This document shows positions 41,201-52,800 of a stretch of 64,000 nucleotides of DNA, in pieces (position 1 is the stretch's first letter; every line of letters starts with the position of its first letter). This DNA is from Balanoglossus misakiensis (Eukaryota; Animalia; Hemichordata), in assembly GCA_040954595.2 (NCBI GenBank), contig CM082584.2, forward strand, positions 5,522,110-5,586,109. The letters run 5' to 3'. The position numbers were made by a program, and so were the translations under genes. The notes below the pieces were generated by a model. The model saw nothing but the letters and a program-made list of their open reading frames with translations. It made no database searches and had not been told where the DNA came from.

Positions 41201-44200
41201 ACTGGTCTAGCTGATACAAAGTGGTCAATACTAAAGTAGAGCGGAATATAAATGATGTATGTATGTATGTACGTGTTTGTGTGTCCATCCACATCAAAAA
41301 CATGAAAACTGCTGCACGTGTCACCTTGATATTTGGTGTGTAGATATGCAAATGAGCTGGGAAATGTTCAATTGGTCAAAACTTGAGAAGTACTGTCAGA
41401 TTGTGTTGAAAATTGGTGTGCATTTTCTTCATTGAGACCTTAGGCCAAAAAAAGAGTTTTGTTTTAGCGTCCTATGGCAAAATTTCAAAATTGATGCGGG
41501 TCACGGCTACTTCCTTTTTCGTTATCTCGAGATACTAAGTCGAGATAACATGATACTAAGTCGAGATAACAAGATATTATCTTGAGATACTATCTCGTTA
41601 TCTCGAGATACTAAGTCGTGATAACGAGATACTACACTGGTAAAAATTCGAAACGTGTCAGAGACACTGTTTGCCCTTTAAAAACACAGAGAATTAATAG
41701 TTTTTGTTAAAAGTTTATGTGTAGGCGCCGAGGCTTGGCCCCATAGACATTGGAATGAGCTGTGGAGAGGTCTGGGCGGGACGGCAAAGCCGTCTAAAAT
41801 CTGAGACGTTTCAGGACCACTTAAACCGTTAACACATAATAATTTTTGCCAGTATTTGATCTGAGACGTTTCAGATAACGAGATAGTATCTCGTTATCTC
41901 GACTTACTATCTCGAGATAACGAGATAGTTAGTCCGTTCATATTACTCAAAAAAGGCTAGGCAAGGTACGTGGCCGAGCAAAAAACAGGTTCGAACGGGT
42001 CTGGCCGACCCTTGTCCGGACAATTTTGGTCCCAGTTTAATGGGGTGGTTTGTGGTCGACTCTGGTCTGACTCTGGTCCCAGCACAGTGTGTGTGGACAC
42101 GTTTTGTCCAACTCTGGTCCTAGTTGACACCTTTTACAGATGGCATAAACAGTGAAGTCTATCATTTGACAATGGTGAAATTCGTATAAACAACCATAAG
42201 AGGACCAACGTGTTTCTGCTTTATAAGGTCAAGGTCGGCGAGACGACGTTGGCCAGGACTGTCCGAAACACAATAGTGCCTTTCACACGTGCCGTCAACG
42301 CCGCCCCAGCGGCGGCCCTAGGGGCGTTAATTTGTAAGTGCCACGTGTGAAAAGTTGAGAGCGGCCCTGCGCCGGTCTTTTTCTAGGGCGGTGTTGAGGG
42401 GTGGGACCTGGGTCGGGGCGCCGGACTAAGCAGCGATTCAAATCACGTGTGAACAGAAACACCGCACTAAACGCCGATCTAAACGCACTCTGCCAACGCG
42501 GTTTGTCTCATTAAGACAACGATTTTGTACGATTTTTACGACAACGATTTTGTAGCATGGACTGCAGTCAATGAAAGGTTACCATAAACGGGTATTGGGT
42601 CATTCAAATGCCCATTAAATCGGCGTCGACGACGTTTAAAAAACAAATTCAGGAGTACCATATACAGTAAACACATCATTGGATCCGCCATTGTGACCTT
42701 TAACCACAGGGAACTGAGTAATTTTGTTTAGGCAGAGAAAACAGAGCCATCACCATCAGGCGCGTGATTCAAATGTGATTGAATTTGACTGGGTACGACT
42801 TGGAAATCGCCGTTTTTCCACTCGTTTGCAGGTCGATAGATGAAGTGAAGCCCAAATTAGGTCAGTGAGATAAATTTCAATGCCTATGGTGGCATAATTT
42901 AATCGCTCGCTGGTGAATGGGGTGATTTTTCAGGGCCTTGAAGGTGGCCCATGAGCCTAGATCCAGGGCATGTCGATTCCACCCTTGCCTGTATGTAAGA
43001 CGGTAGTGACATTCGGCGACCTAGGTCGTGTTTTCCACGATTATGGTTGGGTTTTTTTACAGTTATCTACAACATCGACAAACATAGCAAGAAATGAACA
43101 TTGATTTTTATTTTTATTTTATTACCAATCTTAACAACAACAACAACAACAACAATAACAACAACAACAATAACAATAACAAAATTACTCAGTTCCCTGT
43201 GCTTTAACCACGCTACTGTGGACGCGCGTGGAGGGCGATGACCCCGTCCCTTTTATATACATGTGACTGCAAAACTATTTGAGTCGCTGATAAGAAATAT
43301 TTACCAACTTTTATAATCCCAAAAAGGGCGCCCTAACCATGGCACGTGTGCAAGCGGCTAATGTGAACAGGGACTAAAGATTAGCTTATCTTGTCACAAT
43401 CATCGGGATTAGTTTTGCCCTAAAGATTAGCTTATCTTGTCACAATCATCGGGATTAGTTTTGCCCGGCAATGGGCCTAGATGTGAACCCAGCAAGTATC
43501 TCGTTATCTCGACTTAGTATCTCGTTATCTCGACTTAGTATCTCGAGATAATGACTTACTATCTTGTTATTTCGACTTACTATCTCGTTATCTCGACATA
43601 GTATCTCGAGATAACGAGATAATTTTTTATTTCTTGCTGTACAAAATGGCATGAACGGGCTTTCATATGTGGCGTTCTCACTGGCACGTTTACACTGGTG
43701 CTACAACAGTGTAGATTTGACACCGACGGAAAAAAACAAGTGAGAACGCTTTACGCCGGTGTTACGTTGATTTGCGACGGCGATGGGTGGCGGGTCAGGG
43801 CCAGTGCTGGGCCAGCGCTCCGACGCAAATAGTCAGTGAGAACGCAAAGATAAACAAACACCGTTCAAAAGCGCCACCCTGCAGTGACTTTTGGGTATAT
43901 TTATTAGGTATAGCCCATTGTCTTTGGTCAGTTTCCATTGTTAAGTCAATCACACTGGACGCGAGTGGTTTTCAAACCATTCGCAGTTTGCCAGGTCTGC
44001 AACACTTCTGTCTGCTACCAACTTTCGGAAGGTTCTCTCGATCACCGAAAAGCTGAGGCATTTTCCATTTATGGATTAACATTCATTTACTTCTAAACAT
44101 TATCAAAACTGTCACAAAGTCGTCTAGAACGCATATGCAGGTATAGAAACTGAAACATGTTGCTGTAATGTCCTCGACGTCCTCAATTTTGTTAGTTGCC

Positions 44201-46199
44201 GTGTTGCTAAACATGGCGATTTAGACGGTGTTTATTTCAAAACAGTGGCCAAAAGTTTAGTGTGTGGACGCACGGAGATTCTGTGGGCTAATCCCCTGTG
44301 TTTGCAGAGAGTAAACACTGGCATAACACTGGTGTCGAAACTTTTAGTGAGAACAAGACTATAGATTGCCATGCATATTCCTCATACCGTTTATGTAAAA
44401 TCTACAAGAGTTTGTCTTTGGATAGAAACAGTTTGTAGTTTTCCAATAGCAAACCCTATCTGGACCCAGAAGTATAATAAAAAAAAATCCAACCTACACT
44501 GTTGCTTACCTGATAATTAATACACCTCCAAATACAACACAATGTTTTCCATGATTGACACGGTAGTTACATATTGCTACTATTTTGACTTGCTAGTGGT
44601 ACACTCTCAAATTGTGATTGAAATTTAAAATCGATTTCACAGAAAATTGCACACCTGCTGTTTTTAGAGGCAAATGTACAGCTGTATGCTCAGTGACCAA
44701 ACTCTTATGTTTCACACTCTCTCTCGATAGAGGAGGGTCAGTTCAGAGTCAGAGAGCATTAGAATCTTACAATTATTTGTATCTCATAACTAACCTATGA
44801 ATGCCAATGGAATGAACAAAATCAAGCTGACAAGTCCATTTGCATGCATTTTGACAAAATTATTTCACATCTTGCTCCAATACACTTACCCGGCAGGTTT
44901 GTTTGCAACACTTTCACTCGCTGTCAACATTTGCCCTCGGGGTGAAGGCTATTTCTTTGTTCCGCATGCTAAAGTTTCATACATTTGAAGCTAGAATTTA
45001 GGATGCATACCAAACAGAGTTTGACAGCGTTAAGGGACCGTTAAGTTTTTCCGGGGGGGGGGGGGTCACTTAAATTTTGAAGTCCAAAAGGGGGGGGTCA
45101 TCTTTTTTTTAAAAACGTTTAGCGTTTAGGGGGGGGGGTCACATACTTTTGCCACCGAACCTTTGCTTTTGAGTCCACAAAATTGCAGTTTTGCGCCCTT
45201 TATTTTACAAAATGTTCTAATGTAAAAGTCACCCCTTCATTCTCCGCCACATTTCATTTTTTTGCTGGTTTGTCTAGTGTACTAGGGCAGAGTGCTTGCC
45301 ACCCCACCCCACACCGATGCTAACTTTGAGTGGCAAAGGTAAAATTTGTCCTCCCTAACAATGAGTTAATTTGCTTTTGAGTTCATTAAAATGCAACTTT
45401 GAGCACCGTATTTTACAAAATTTTCTTATTTATTCATAGATTTCTATATTGCAACGACTATTATATACTTCAATTACTTTAAGAAATTGACACGTGAGGA
45501 GCCTCATTCCCTTTATTGCATACAGTGTACATAGGATCAGGACGGCGAAGGTTTTCGGCGTGGGGGGGGGGGGTCATCATATTTTTGGGTCTGTCAAAGG
45601 GGGAGGGGTCATCATTTTTTGGTCCTGGGTGAAGGGAGGTCGGCCTGATTTTGAAAAACGATGACACAAACTTGCCGCCCCCTCCCCAGCCGTAAAAACT
45701 GACCGGTCCCTAAGTGTTTGAAAGTTTCATCATAACATTTACGCTTTCAAAATTCATTCATAGACATAAGAAAACCATTGGTAGTGTTTTCCTGGTGTGT
45801 GCATGCTCCAGCATACTTACCAGGAAATATTGAAAAAATAATCCAAAACTTATAAAGACCTTAATTGTGTTCTCCATCGATCTCAATATACAACAAAACA
45901 ATGATTGCCAGCATACACATATAAGAGTTAATTATTTCAACTTTTGGTGAAATGATTGATTACTTGGAAAATTGCTCGCAAGCAGAAGTGTAGGTTTCAA
46001 TGGAGCATGAATGTGCTCCAGCAAACCACTTCTCCTACTATCTATGAAGCTATAAGAAATAAGTCACCTGTCAAAATCTTGTGCATAGAGACACAAATGA
46101 AAAACTTAATATATGACAGATTGCACAACCATTTGTGCCTCAAAACTTACCTGTCAATGGCAACGACATGAACAAAAACAAGCTGAGGAAACTATGCAT
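29099..46199 (-). CDS. Copy C: complete predicted secreted Tie-like protein (SP-Ig-Ig-EGFx4-Ig-FN3x3-S/T-HYR-like-HYR-Sushi)
   Basis: Exons 46151-46199 or 44795-44849 (signal peptide), 40698-41009, 40181-40432, 39297-39431, 35639-35785, 35227-35358, 34613-34768, 34049-34324, 33290-33619, 32966-33036, 32424-32667, 32012-32238, 31649-31718, 31286-31312, 30968-30991, 30431-30706, 29746-29997, 29099-29289 (TGA). Exon lengths keep the frame, and there is no TM segment. Confidence 0.85.
29746..29997 (-). CDS. Canonical HYR domain exon of copy C
   Basis: DPYSPKITFCPPDQ...IAWLPPVATDN...SGSEF...HTVTVTAVDTSANVATCTFDITI. Confidence 0.9.
36495..37065. mobile_element. Kolobok-like MITE with ~200-bp TIRs and TTAA TSD
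   Basis: TTAA-atgggaaatccggcgtagctgatttctac ... gtagaaatcagctacgccggatttcccct-TTAA. Confidence 0.8.
37116..38900 (+). mobile_element. Non-autonomous Helentron/DINE-1-like element with internal ~154-bp tandem repeats
   Basis: Subterminal inverted repeat gggcccaag / cttgggccc, 5' (ctt)n, 3' stem-loop gctgcttgcagc before a T-rich site. Internal repeat units at ~37551, 37706, 37859 and 38015. Confidence 0.65.
39730..39985. repeat. Compound (TAAT)/(ATTT)/(TATG)n microsatellite
   Basis: Directly visible. Same intron position as the 1.6-kb array in D. Confidence 0.95.
41440..44360. mobile_element. Nest of non-autonomous DNA-transposon fragments in intron 1 of copy C
   Basis: 21-bp tatctcgttatctcgacttag-type minisatellite split into blocks (~41515-41635, 41875-41930, 43495-43620). 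Inverted ends cacacgtgcc/ggcacgtgtg (~42284/43340) and gttctcact/agtgagaac (~43674/44346). 47-bp direct duplication at ~43374-43467. Confidence 0.55.
44795..44849 (-). CDS. Proximal signal-peptide first exon of copy C
   Basis: MHANGLVSLILFIPLAFI+G, then gttagt donor, phase 1. Homologous to exon 1 of A, B and D. Confidence 0.7.
45034..45710. mobile_element. PIF/Harbinger-type MITE
   Basis: TAA-gggaccgttaagttttt ... aaaaactgaccggtccc-TAA. Same family as 4584-5333. Confidence 0.8.
46151..46199 (-). CDS. Distal signal-peptide first exon upstream of copy C
   Basis: MHSFLSLFLFMSLPLT+G, then gtaagt donor. 49 nt, same as exon 1 of A, B and D. Confidence 0.7.
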
Positions 46200-47174
46200 T
46201 TTGACAAAGTTACTTCACAGTTCCCTGACCAAGCCCATTATTACTTCATGTGTGTCTGTTTGTGGTCACATGATCCGTCAGGGGACTAGCTTAGGCCATA
46301 TTGTTGATGTTTGTGTTTCATGTACTCGCGCTTGAAAGCTAAAATTACGTTGGATGCGAAATAGAATTTTAAAGTTATTCTTGTGTCTCTTATTAAAACA
46401 TTTGTACTTTCTAGGTTGTCATGTATGGGGTACCACTTGTGCATTTTAAAAAGGAAACTGAAAAATGAAGTGGGAAAAGCCAATAAACCAGGCTGGGTTA
46501 CCTATAATAAATTTTTAGTTGCCTTTCCCTTTTCCATTCTTATTTCCTGATGTGAATTATTTTGATCCTGTGTACTTCCAGTGTATCAGTTTTCACCAAT
46601 CTTATTAAAATCAGATGTAGGGAACGGCGACATGGAAACAGTATCCAACCTGAAATCACAGGCAACATCTTTGACATTTATACAGTTACTGTCATATGGA
46701 ATTCTATCATACAAAACTTTCGAATTTAGAATCTAGCACGCTCATGTTGTGTTTCTGTCGATGTTCAGTCTATCACTGAAATATGCGTACTTTATTATGT
46801 AATTTTTGGTACATACCATAAATTAGCATCATTGGCACATTTCATTCAATCGAAAATTAATGCTGACGGTTACAGATCACCTGTAAAAGAGTGGACTTGT
46901 ACATTTATGTCTAAGCTAAGGTGGGTGTATTCAGTGTATACTCCTCGTTCGTTCGTCTCATGTAGGCTGTTGATGTTGTATGCTATATTTGTAGGTGTTG
47001 TCATATTTCATGTGTGTTATTGAGTGCATGTTAGTTTTTCACACATATGTTATTCCTTCTCTCCATTTCAACTTCAAGGTATGCAAGTGTGTCACAGTTG
47101 AACCCCCAAACTAAAATGCTGAAAAATAGCCCAAAGAACACCTTACCTCCACCAAAGGATTACATTCAGAATTT

Positions 47175-47175
<1 letters not shown>

Positions 47176-47251
<76 letters not shown>

Positions 47252-47254
47252 TTT
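47176..47254. repeat. (ATTT)n microsatellite
   Basis: Directly visible. Confidence 0.95.
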
Positions 47255-47561
47255 GTATTTCAGTCTGAGGCCCTTGTGGTGTTTCATGACTTTCTTGTTT
47301 CTAAAAATTCTTTCTTTATATAGTTTTAAGCATGAATATCAGGTCAAGTTTTTAACTTATGTCATTTTTTTCTGCAACAAAATTTCAGTATCACCCAAAA
47401 TTAAAGTAGTTCATGAATCTGCTAAAATTGGCATAATTGTACCATTCTGTTGGCCACTAGGTTCGAATTCTGTTTTGGTAAAAGAAGGACATTGCTATAA
47501 AGCTGTGAAAAAAGTAAAAGTAACATGAGTAAAGGGATAGTGCTTTTCATGTAAAGATCAA

Positions 47562-47576
47562 TAGCGCCCCCAGTGG
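47562..47576 (-). promoter_or_regulatory. CTCF-like motif between the D 3' end and the C promoters
   Basis: Reverse strand reads CCACTGGGGGCGCTA, close to the CCASYAGRKGGCGCTA consensus. Motif match only. Confidence 0.3.
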
Positions 47577-47743
47577 TATGAGTGATCTACTTAATGACGT
47601 AATTATACACACCCATTTTATTGGGTCAACGCAGGTCAAATAGATTATCAGTACAACAGTAATGGCGGCCCCCGCTGAAGTCTGAAAATTCCCTTAGATT
47701 GAGGCAAAATACCAAGGCATTCTTATGCTGGTAAGTTCTCCAT

Positions 47744-48130
47744 TAGTCTAGAATCTATCCGTTCGTAGTCGCATTCACCCTACTACCGTCTAGGAACGCC
47801 TAACCAAAATCTAGTAAGGCCATAAAAATGGTAATTTGAATGTGAATAGTCTCCAACTGAGCAATCTGACGTCAAGCGTCACCACGTGATCATGATTATG
47901 TATCATTCGGGGCGGAGCTACTTGTAAACATAATTAACATTCAACGTCATCACCTCAACGGCCAATCAGTAGTCGGTCAACGTAAGTGATTGACTTCTCT
48001 GACGTCAGACTGCTCAGTTGGAGACTATTCACATTCAAATTACCATTTTTATTGCCTTACTAGATTTTGGTTAGGCGCTCCTAGACGGTAGTAGGGTGAA
48101 TGCGACTACGAACGGATAGATTCTAGACTA
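47744..48130. mobile_element. Foldback MITE with ~130-bp TIRs, TAG termini and 9-bp TSD
   Basis: gttctccat-tagtctagaatctatccgttcg ... cgaacggatagattctagacta-gttctccat. Confidence 0.85.
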
Positions 48131-48590
48131 GTTCTCCATGCACCCCTGGAAAGCATTGTGCACACGTGGCACTCGAAAGCGTGGAGAATGAACGGCGTTA
48201 GCTGTGGTAGGCAGCTGTACCGTGGGGGGGGGGGGGGGGGGGGCGATAAGCCCACGGCTAGAACGGCGTATGTTTGATGAACCCTGGTTTTCATCATAAC
48301 TTTTACACTTTCAGTCATTCAGAGACATATTGGTTGGTGGGGAGGGGCTGGTGATTTCTGGGGAAAAATCTGTTACCAGGCAGCTTGTGGGGGGGGGGGG
48401 ATTGTTTGTCTGTGCACGCACCACATGTACAGCATACACAAAAAAAGGCCATGTGCTGTTGTAATCCATTTCACCAGTGATCTGGAGCTGTTGCATTTGT
48501 AACCAAGCATGTTATGGCGGTTGTACTAGATGGATGTACTCAGCTGAGCCTGATGGTAATGTCTATGGCCATGACTGCATTTTCTCTGCA

Positions 48591-49880
48591 TAGAATTCAT
48601 CATCAATTAAACTGTCACAGATAATTAAGTTACTTTTAAAAATTTATTGAAATATTAAAAGCCGTTGTAAAGGCAACAACAAAAATGTAAATACAGGAAA
48701 ACAATCTATAAGATAATATGATCACTAGAACAGAACAAGCTTGATATGGTGCCTGAATGTTTCATTGGTCAATGTAGAATTCATCATCAAATAAACTGTC
48801 ACAGTTAATTAAGTTACTTTTAAAAATTTATTGAAATATTAAAAGCCGTTGTAAAGGCAACAAAAAAATGTAAATACAGGAAAACATAATCTATAAGATA
48901 ACATGATCACTAGAACAGAACAAGCTTGATGTGGTGTCTGAATATTTCATTGGTCAATGTAGAATTCATCATCAAATAAACTGTCACAGTTAATTAAGTT
49001 ACTTTTAAAAAAATTATTGAAATATTAAACGCCATTGTATGCAACAACAAAAATGTAAATACAGGAAAACAATCTATAAGATAACATGATCACTAGCACA
49101 GAACACGCTTGATATGGTGCCTGAATGTTTCATTGGTCAATGTAGAATTCATCATCAAATAAACTGTCACAGTTAATTAAGTTACTTTTAAAAAAATTAT
49201 TGAAATATTAAACGCCATTGTATGCAACAACAAAAATGTAAATACAGGAAAACAATCTATAAGATAACATGATCACTAGCACAGAAAACGCTTGATATGG
49301 TGCCTGAATGTTTCATTGGTCAATGTAGAATTCATCATCAAATAAACTGTCACAGTTAATTAAGTTACTTTTAAAAAAATTATTGAAATATTAAACGCCA
49401 TTGTATGCAACAACAAAAATGTAAATACAGGAAAACAATCTATAAGATAACATGATCACTAGCACAGAACACGCTTGATATGGTGCCTGAATGTTTCATT
49501 GGTCAATGTAGAATTCATCATCAAATAAACTGTCACAGTTAATTAAGTTACTTTTAAAAAAATTATTGAAATATTAAACGCCATTGTATGCAACAACAAA
49601 AATGTAAATACAGGAAAACAATCTATAAGATAACATGATCACTAGCACAGAACACGCTTGATATGGTGCCTGAATGTTTCATTGGTCAATGTAGAATTCA
49701 TCATCAAATAAACTGTCACAGTTAATTAAGTTACTTTTAAAAAAATTATTGAAATATTAAACGCCATTGTATGCAACAACAAAAATGTAAATACAGGAAA
49801 ACATAATCTATAAGATAACATGATCGCTAGCACAGAACAAGCTTGATGTTGTTCCTGAATATTTCATTATTAGTCAATGT
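48591..49880. repeat. ~183-bp minisatellite, 7 units, in the 3' UTR of copy D
   Basis: Units at ~48591, 48775, 48960, 49143, 49326, 49508 and 49692. Same unit as 28373-29110. Confidence 0.9.
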
Positions 49881-52800
49881 AACGGCTGCAACGTGGGGGT
49901 TGCACTGGACGCCAGTGTTCATCAATGCAGTTGTAGATGTGTCTGTCACGGAATGGCATGTATCCTTCTTCGCAATGTACAATACATTGAAATCCATCTG
50001 GTGAATCTCCGCAAGATAACGTCCCATCCTGAGGGTGTCCTAGGTCTGGACACTCAGCTGATGTTGGAAAGCGACATCAAATAAACAAAAAACAAATAGA
50101 TAATAATGATGGATTGCTTATTTGTGAAAATAGAAAACTTCTAACTTTGTCCTAAAACCCAGATAACATTTTGGTCAATACAGTAATCAAAGATGACATG
50201 CTCACCATAACGACCATGTTCTCAAGTATGAGAAGCAGTCGCAAAGTTGTGCTATTGAATATTCAAAAGTTCTACACCTTATAACTTGCTGATCTGAAAC
50301 ATATCTTTAACATAATAATACTAGACTAGCATGCAACTATTGAGGTATATGGACTACTAGAATCTTCAAATCAGCTCATATCATTGTAATCATAGGTGAA
50401 TCGACAGGTTTCGATGTATAAACCACAAGAATTTCAGTAATTCAAATGAACAGCAGGTCATAAATGATATATGATGTCAAAAAGGTAATATTGTGGGGGT
50501 ATGGGAAAACACAGTAACCAGTCATTACTTACCACGGCTGTGTATGATGGTGATATCGAATGTACACGTGGCTATATTTGCAGAGGTGTCTACAGCTGTG
50601 ACTGTTACTGTATGAGGACTTCCTATGACAGTAAACTCTGAACCATTCGCCCGGCTTGTTGTGATGAAAGCCAATTCGGTGTTGTCCGTAGCGACTGGTG
50701 GAAGCCAATCAATGTCAACGCCAGCATCTGACGTGTTTTATGATTGGTCAGGCGGACAGAATGTTATCTTCGGTGGGTAAGGATCTGAATGTGATGAACA
50801 ATTAGACAAATACTAGTAATCAAATTTATCTCATTGTTCATATGAAAGGTATACAGTCACCCCCAATTTACATACACCCATATATGGCTAATATGGCTTA
50901 TTTGAGTGTTCAAAAGAACATATGGTGGCGCTGTTTTTTTCGCATGTGCCACCCACTGAAAATCTGTGATTGGCTAGATCTCAATTTGCCATGGTAACTA
51001 TAGCTAATTTTCCATAGGTGACCGTATACCTTTAACAGACTTAGACAAATAATAGTAATCAAATTTTCCTCATTGTTCATATTAACAGACTCTTTTTGCA
51101 TGTCAATACACTTGGTATTTTACCTCAGATTTTGATGTATTGCTTTATTTGCAACTGACCGGGTATTTTCAATCTCAAAGTCAAAATAGGAAGCAGCCAC
51201 ACACTAAAGACTTACCAACCACTTTCACTTGAAATAGGCACCATGCTTCTTCCAGACCAACTGAAGCCCGTACATTGATGTGAACACCAGCCTTTGTCTG
51301 CTCATTAAATTGTACGGCGCCGGGAATTTGGATGGCACCCATGACTTCATGTGTGATGACATTACCTCTTGCATCGATAGCCTCAATGTTGACATCAAGG
51401 TAAGCTGTGTCGCTATCTTCACTTAAAACTGTCAGTAGTATGGGTGCAGTCGGGCACAGTCGGAATGACACTGGCCCTGTAAATGGCGTTACTGAAATTC
51501 AAGAAAATTGTAAAGGCATTTCATATGTGTGACATGAATGTCCCAGCAATACATATTATTATAAAATGGCTATTGCAATATGATAATGTCTCCAAAACTC
51601 TGCATTAAGAAAATAAAAATTAGCTGCATTATGTGATTATTATAACATCATATACCAGTATATGTATCAATAACTTAAGGTGATTACTTCCTATCAACTT
51701 GTACAATATACTTCATTTTTTTTCTGTTGACTTTTGAGTTATGTCATATTGAATAATGCAAAAATGACAACTATTGGCAATATGTATATACTAACCTGTT
51801 GGTGTTGATAAAGTGGTTCCTTTTAATAAACAGACAAAGAACAATGTTAGTTTTATTACCTACTGGGAATTTGCAACATGGATTGAATGAATCAACGTTC
51901 GACCACACACAACTTCCATCCCGTTTGTAGGATAGTAAAAACTCGCCCAAAATGAATAATTGGTAGAGAACGATTATACATTTTGGCGAGTTTTTTCACT
52001 CTCGTGTCTACCAGCGGGATGGAAGGTGTGTTTGGTTGAACGTTGATTCACTATATATATCCACATGTAGAATAACATAAACAGTGTCTTGTATCAAACA
52101 TAATTAATGGAAAAAGGGCAGAGAGAGACTTTGTCTCTTTTAAGGCCGAGCTTACTTGTCACTGTTGTTGTTGCACTTTTTGCATCACTTAAAGGTCCCA
52201 TTCCTCGTGATGTGTATGCCCCAACCTGAAAATATAATATAATTGTTTAATCCTAGGCAACAACATTATTTTATATCTCGTAAACTATACTTAGTGAAAC
52301 TGCTCATCATATGTGTGTCTTTCTTCTCAAAGTACTCATCACCACACAAATTGCCCCATACCTTAATTAACTTGCTGATTTGTGACAACCCAGCACAGAT
52401 GCAGTCAACAAAAGTAATGACCACCTATTGAAATATTTGATGAAATAATAATTTCAAAGGAATTTAATATTGATGGAAATACATGAAAACAAAACGCTTG
52501 CTCATATCAATACTATTACCTGAACAGTATATGAAACCTCATTTGTAAGGTTGGTTATGAGATATGTGTTAACACCACCCAGATCTTCTGTCACTTCTTT
52601 CTCTTTCTTTGTGTTTACATCGCTTGTTTCCCAGTAACTAATTGTATACTTCGTGATGATACCATTTACTGGATCAGGTATTAACCACTGCACTTCAATG
52701 GTCGTCACTGCAGGAATCAACGTCACATTTCTTGGTTCGGATGGCACTGGGTAAATGCATGAAAGTAATACACAAGTTAATTTAAGACTTTATAGATGTT

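Noticed and set aside
42280-43360. GC-rich segment as a CpG-island promoter or foreign gene
   Set aside because: Bounded by inverted repeats within a TE nest and has no credible ORF.
48591-49880. Regular repeats as a CRISPR array
   Set aside because: Contiguous ~183-bp units with no unique spacers, no cas genes, and a eukaryotic context.
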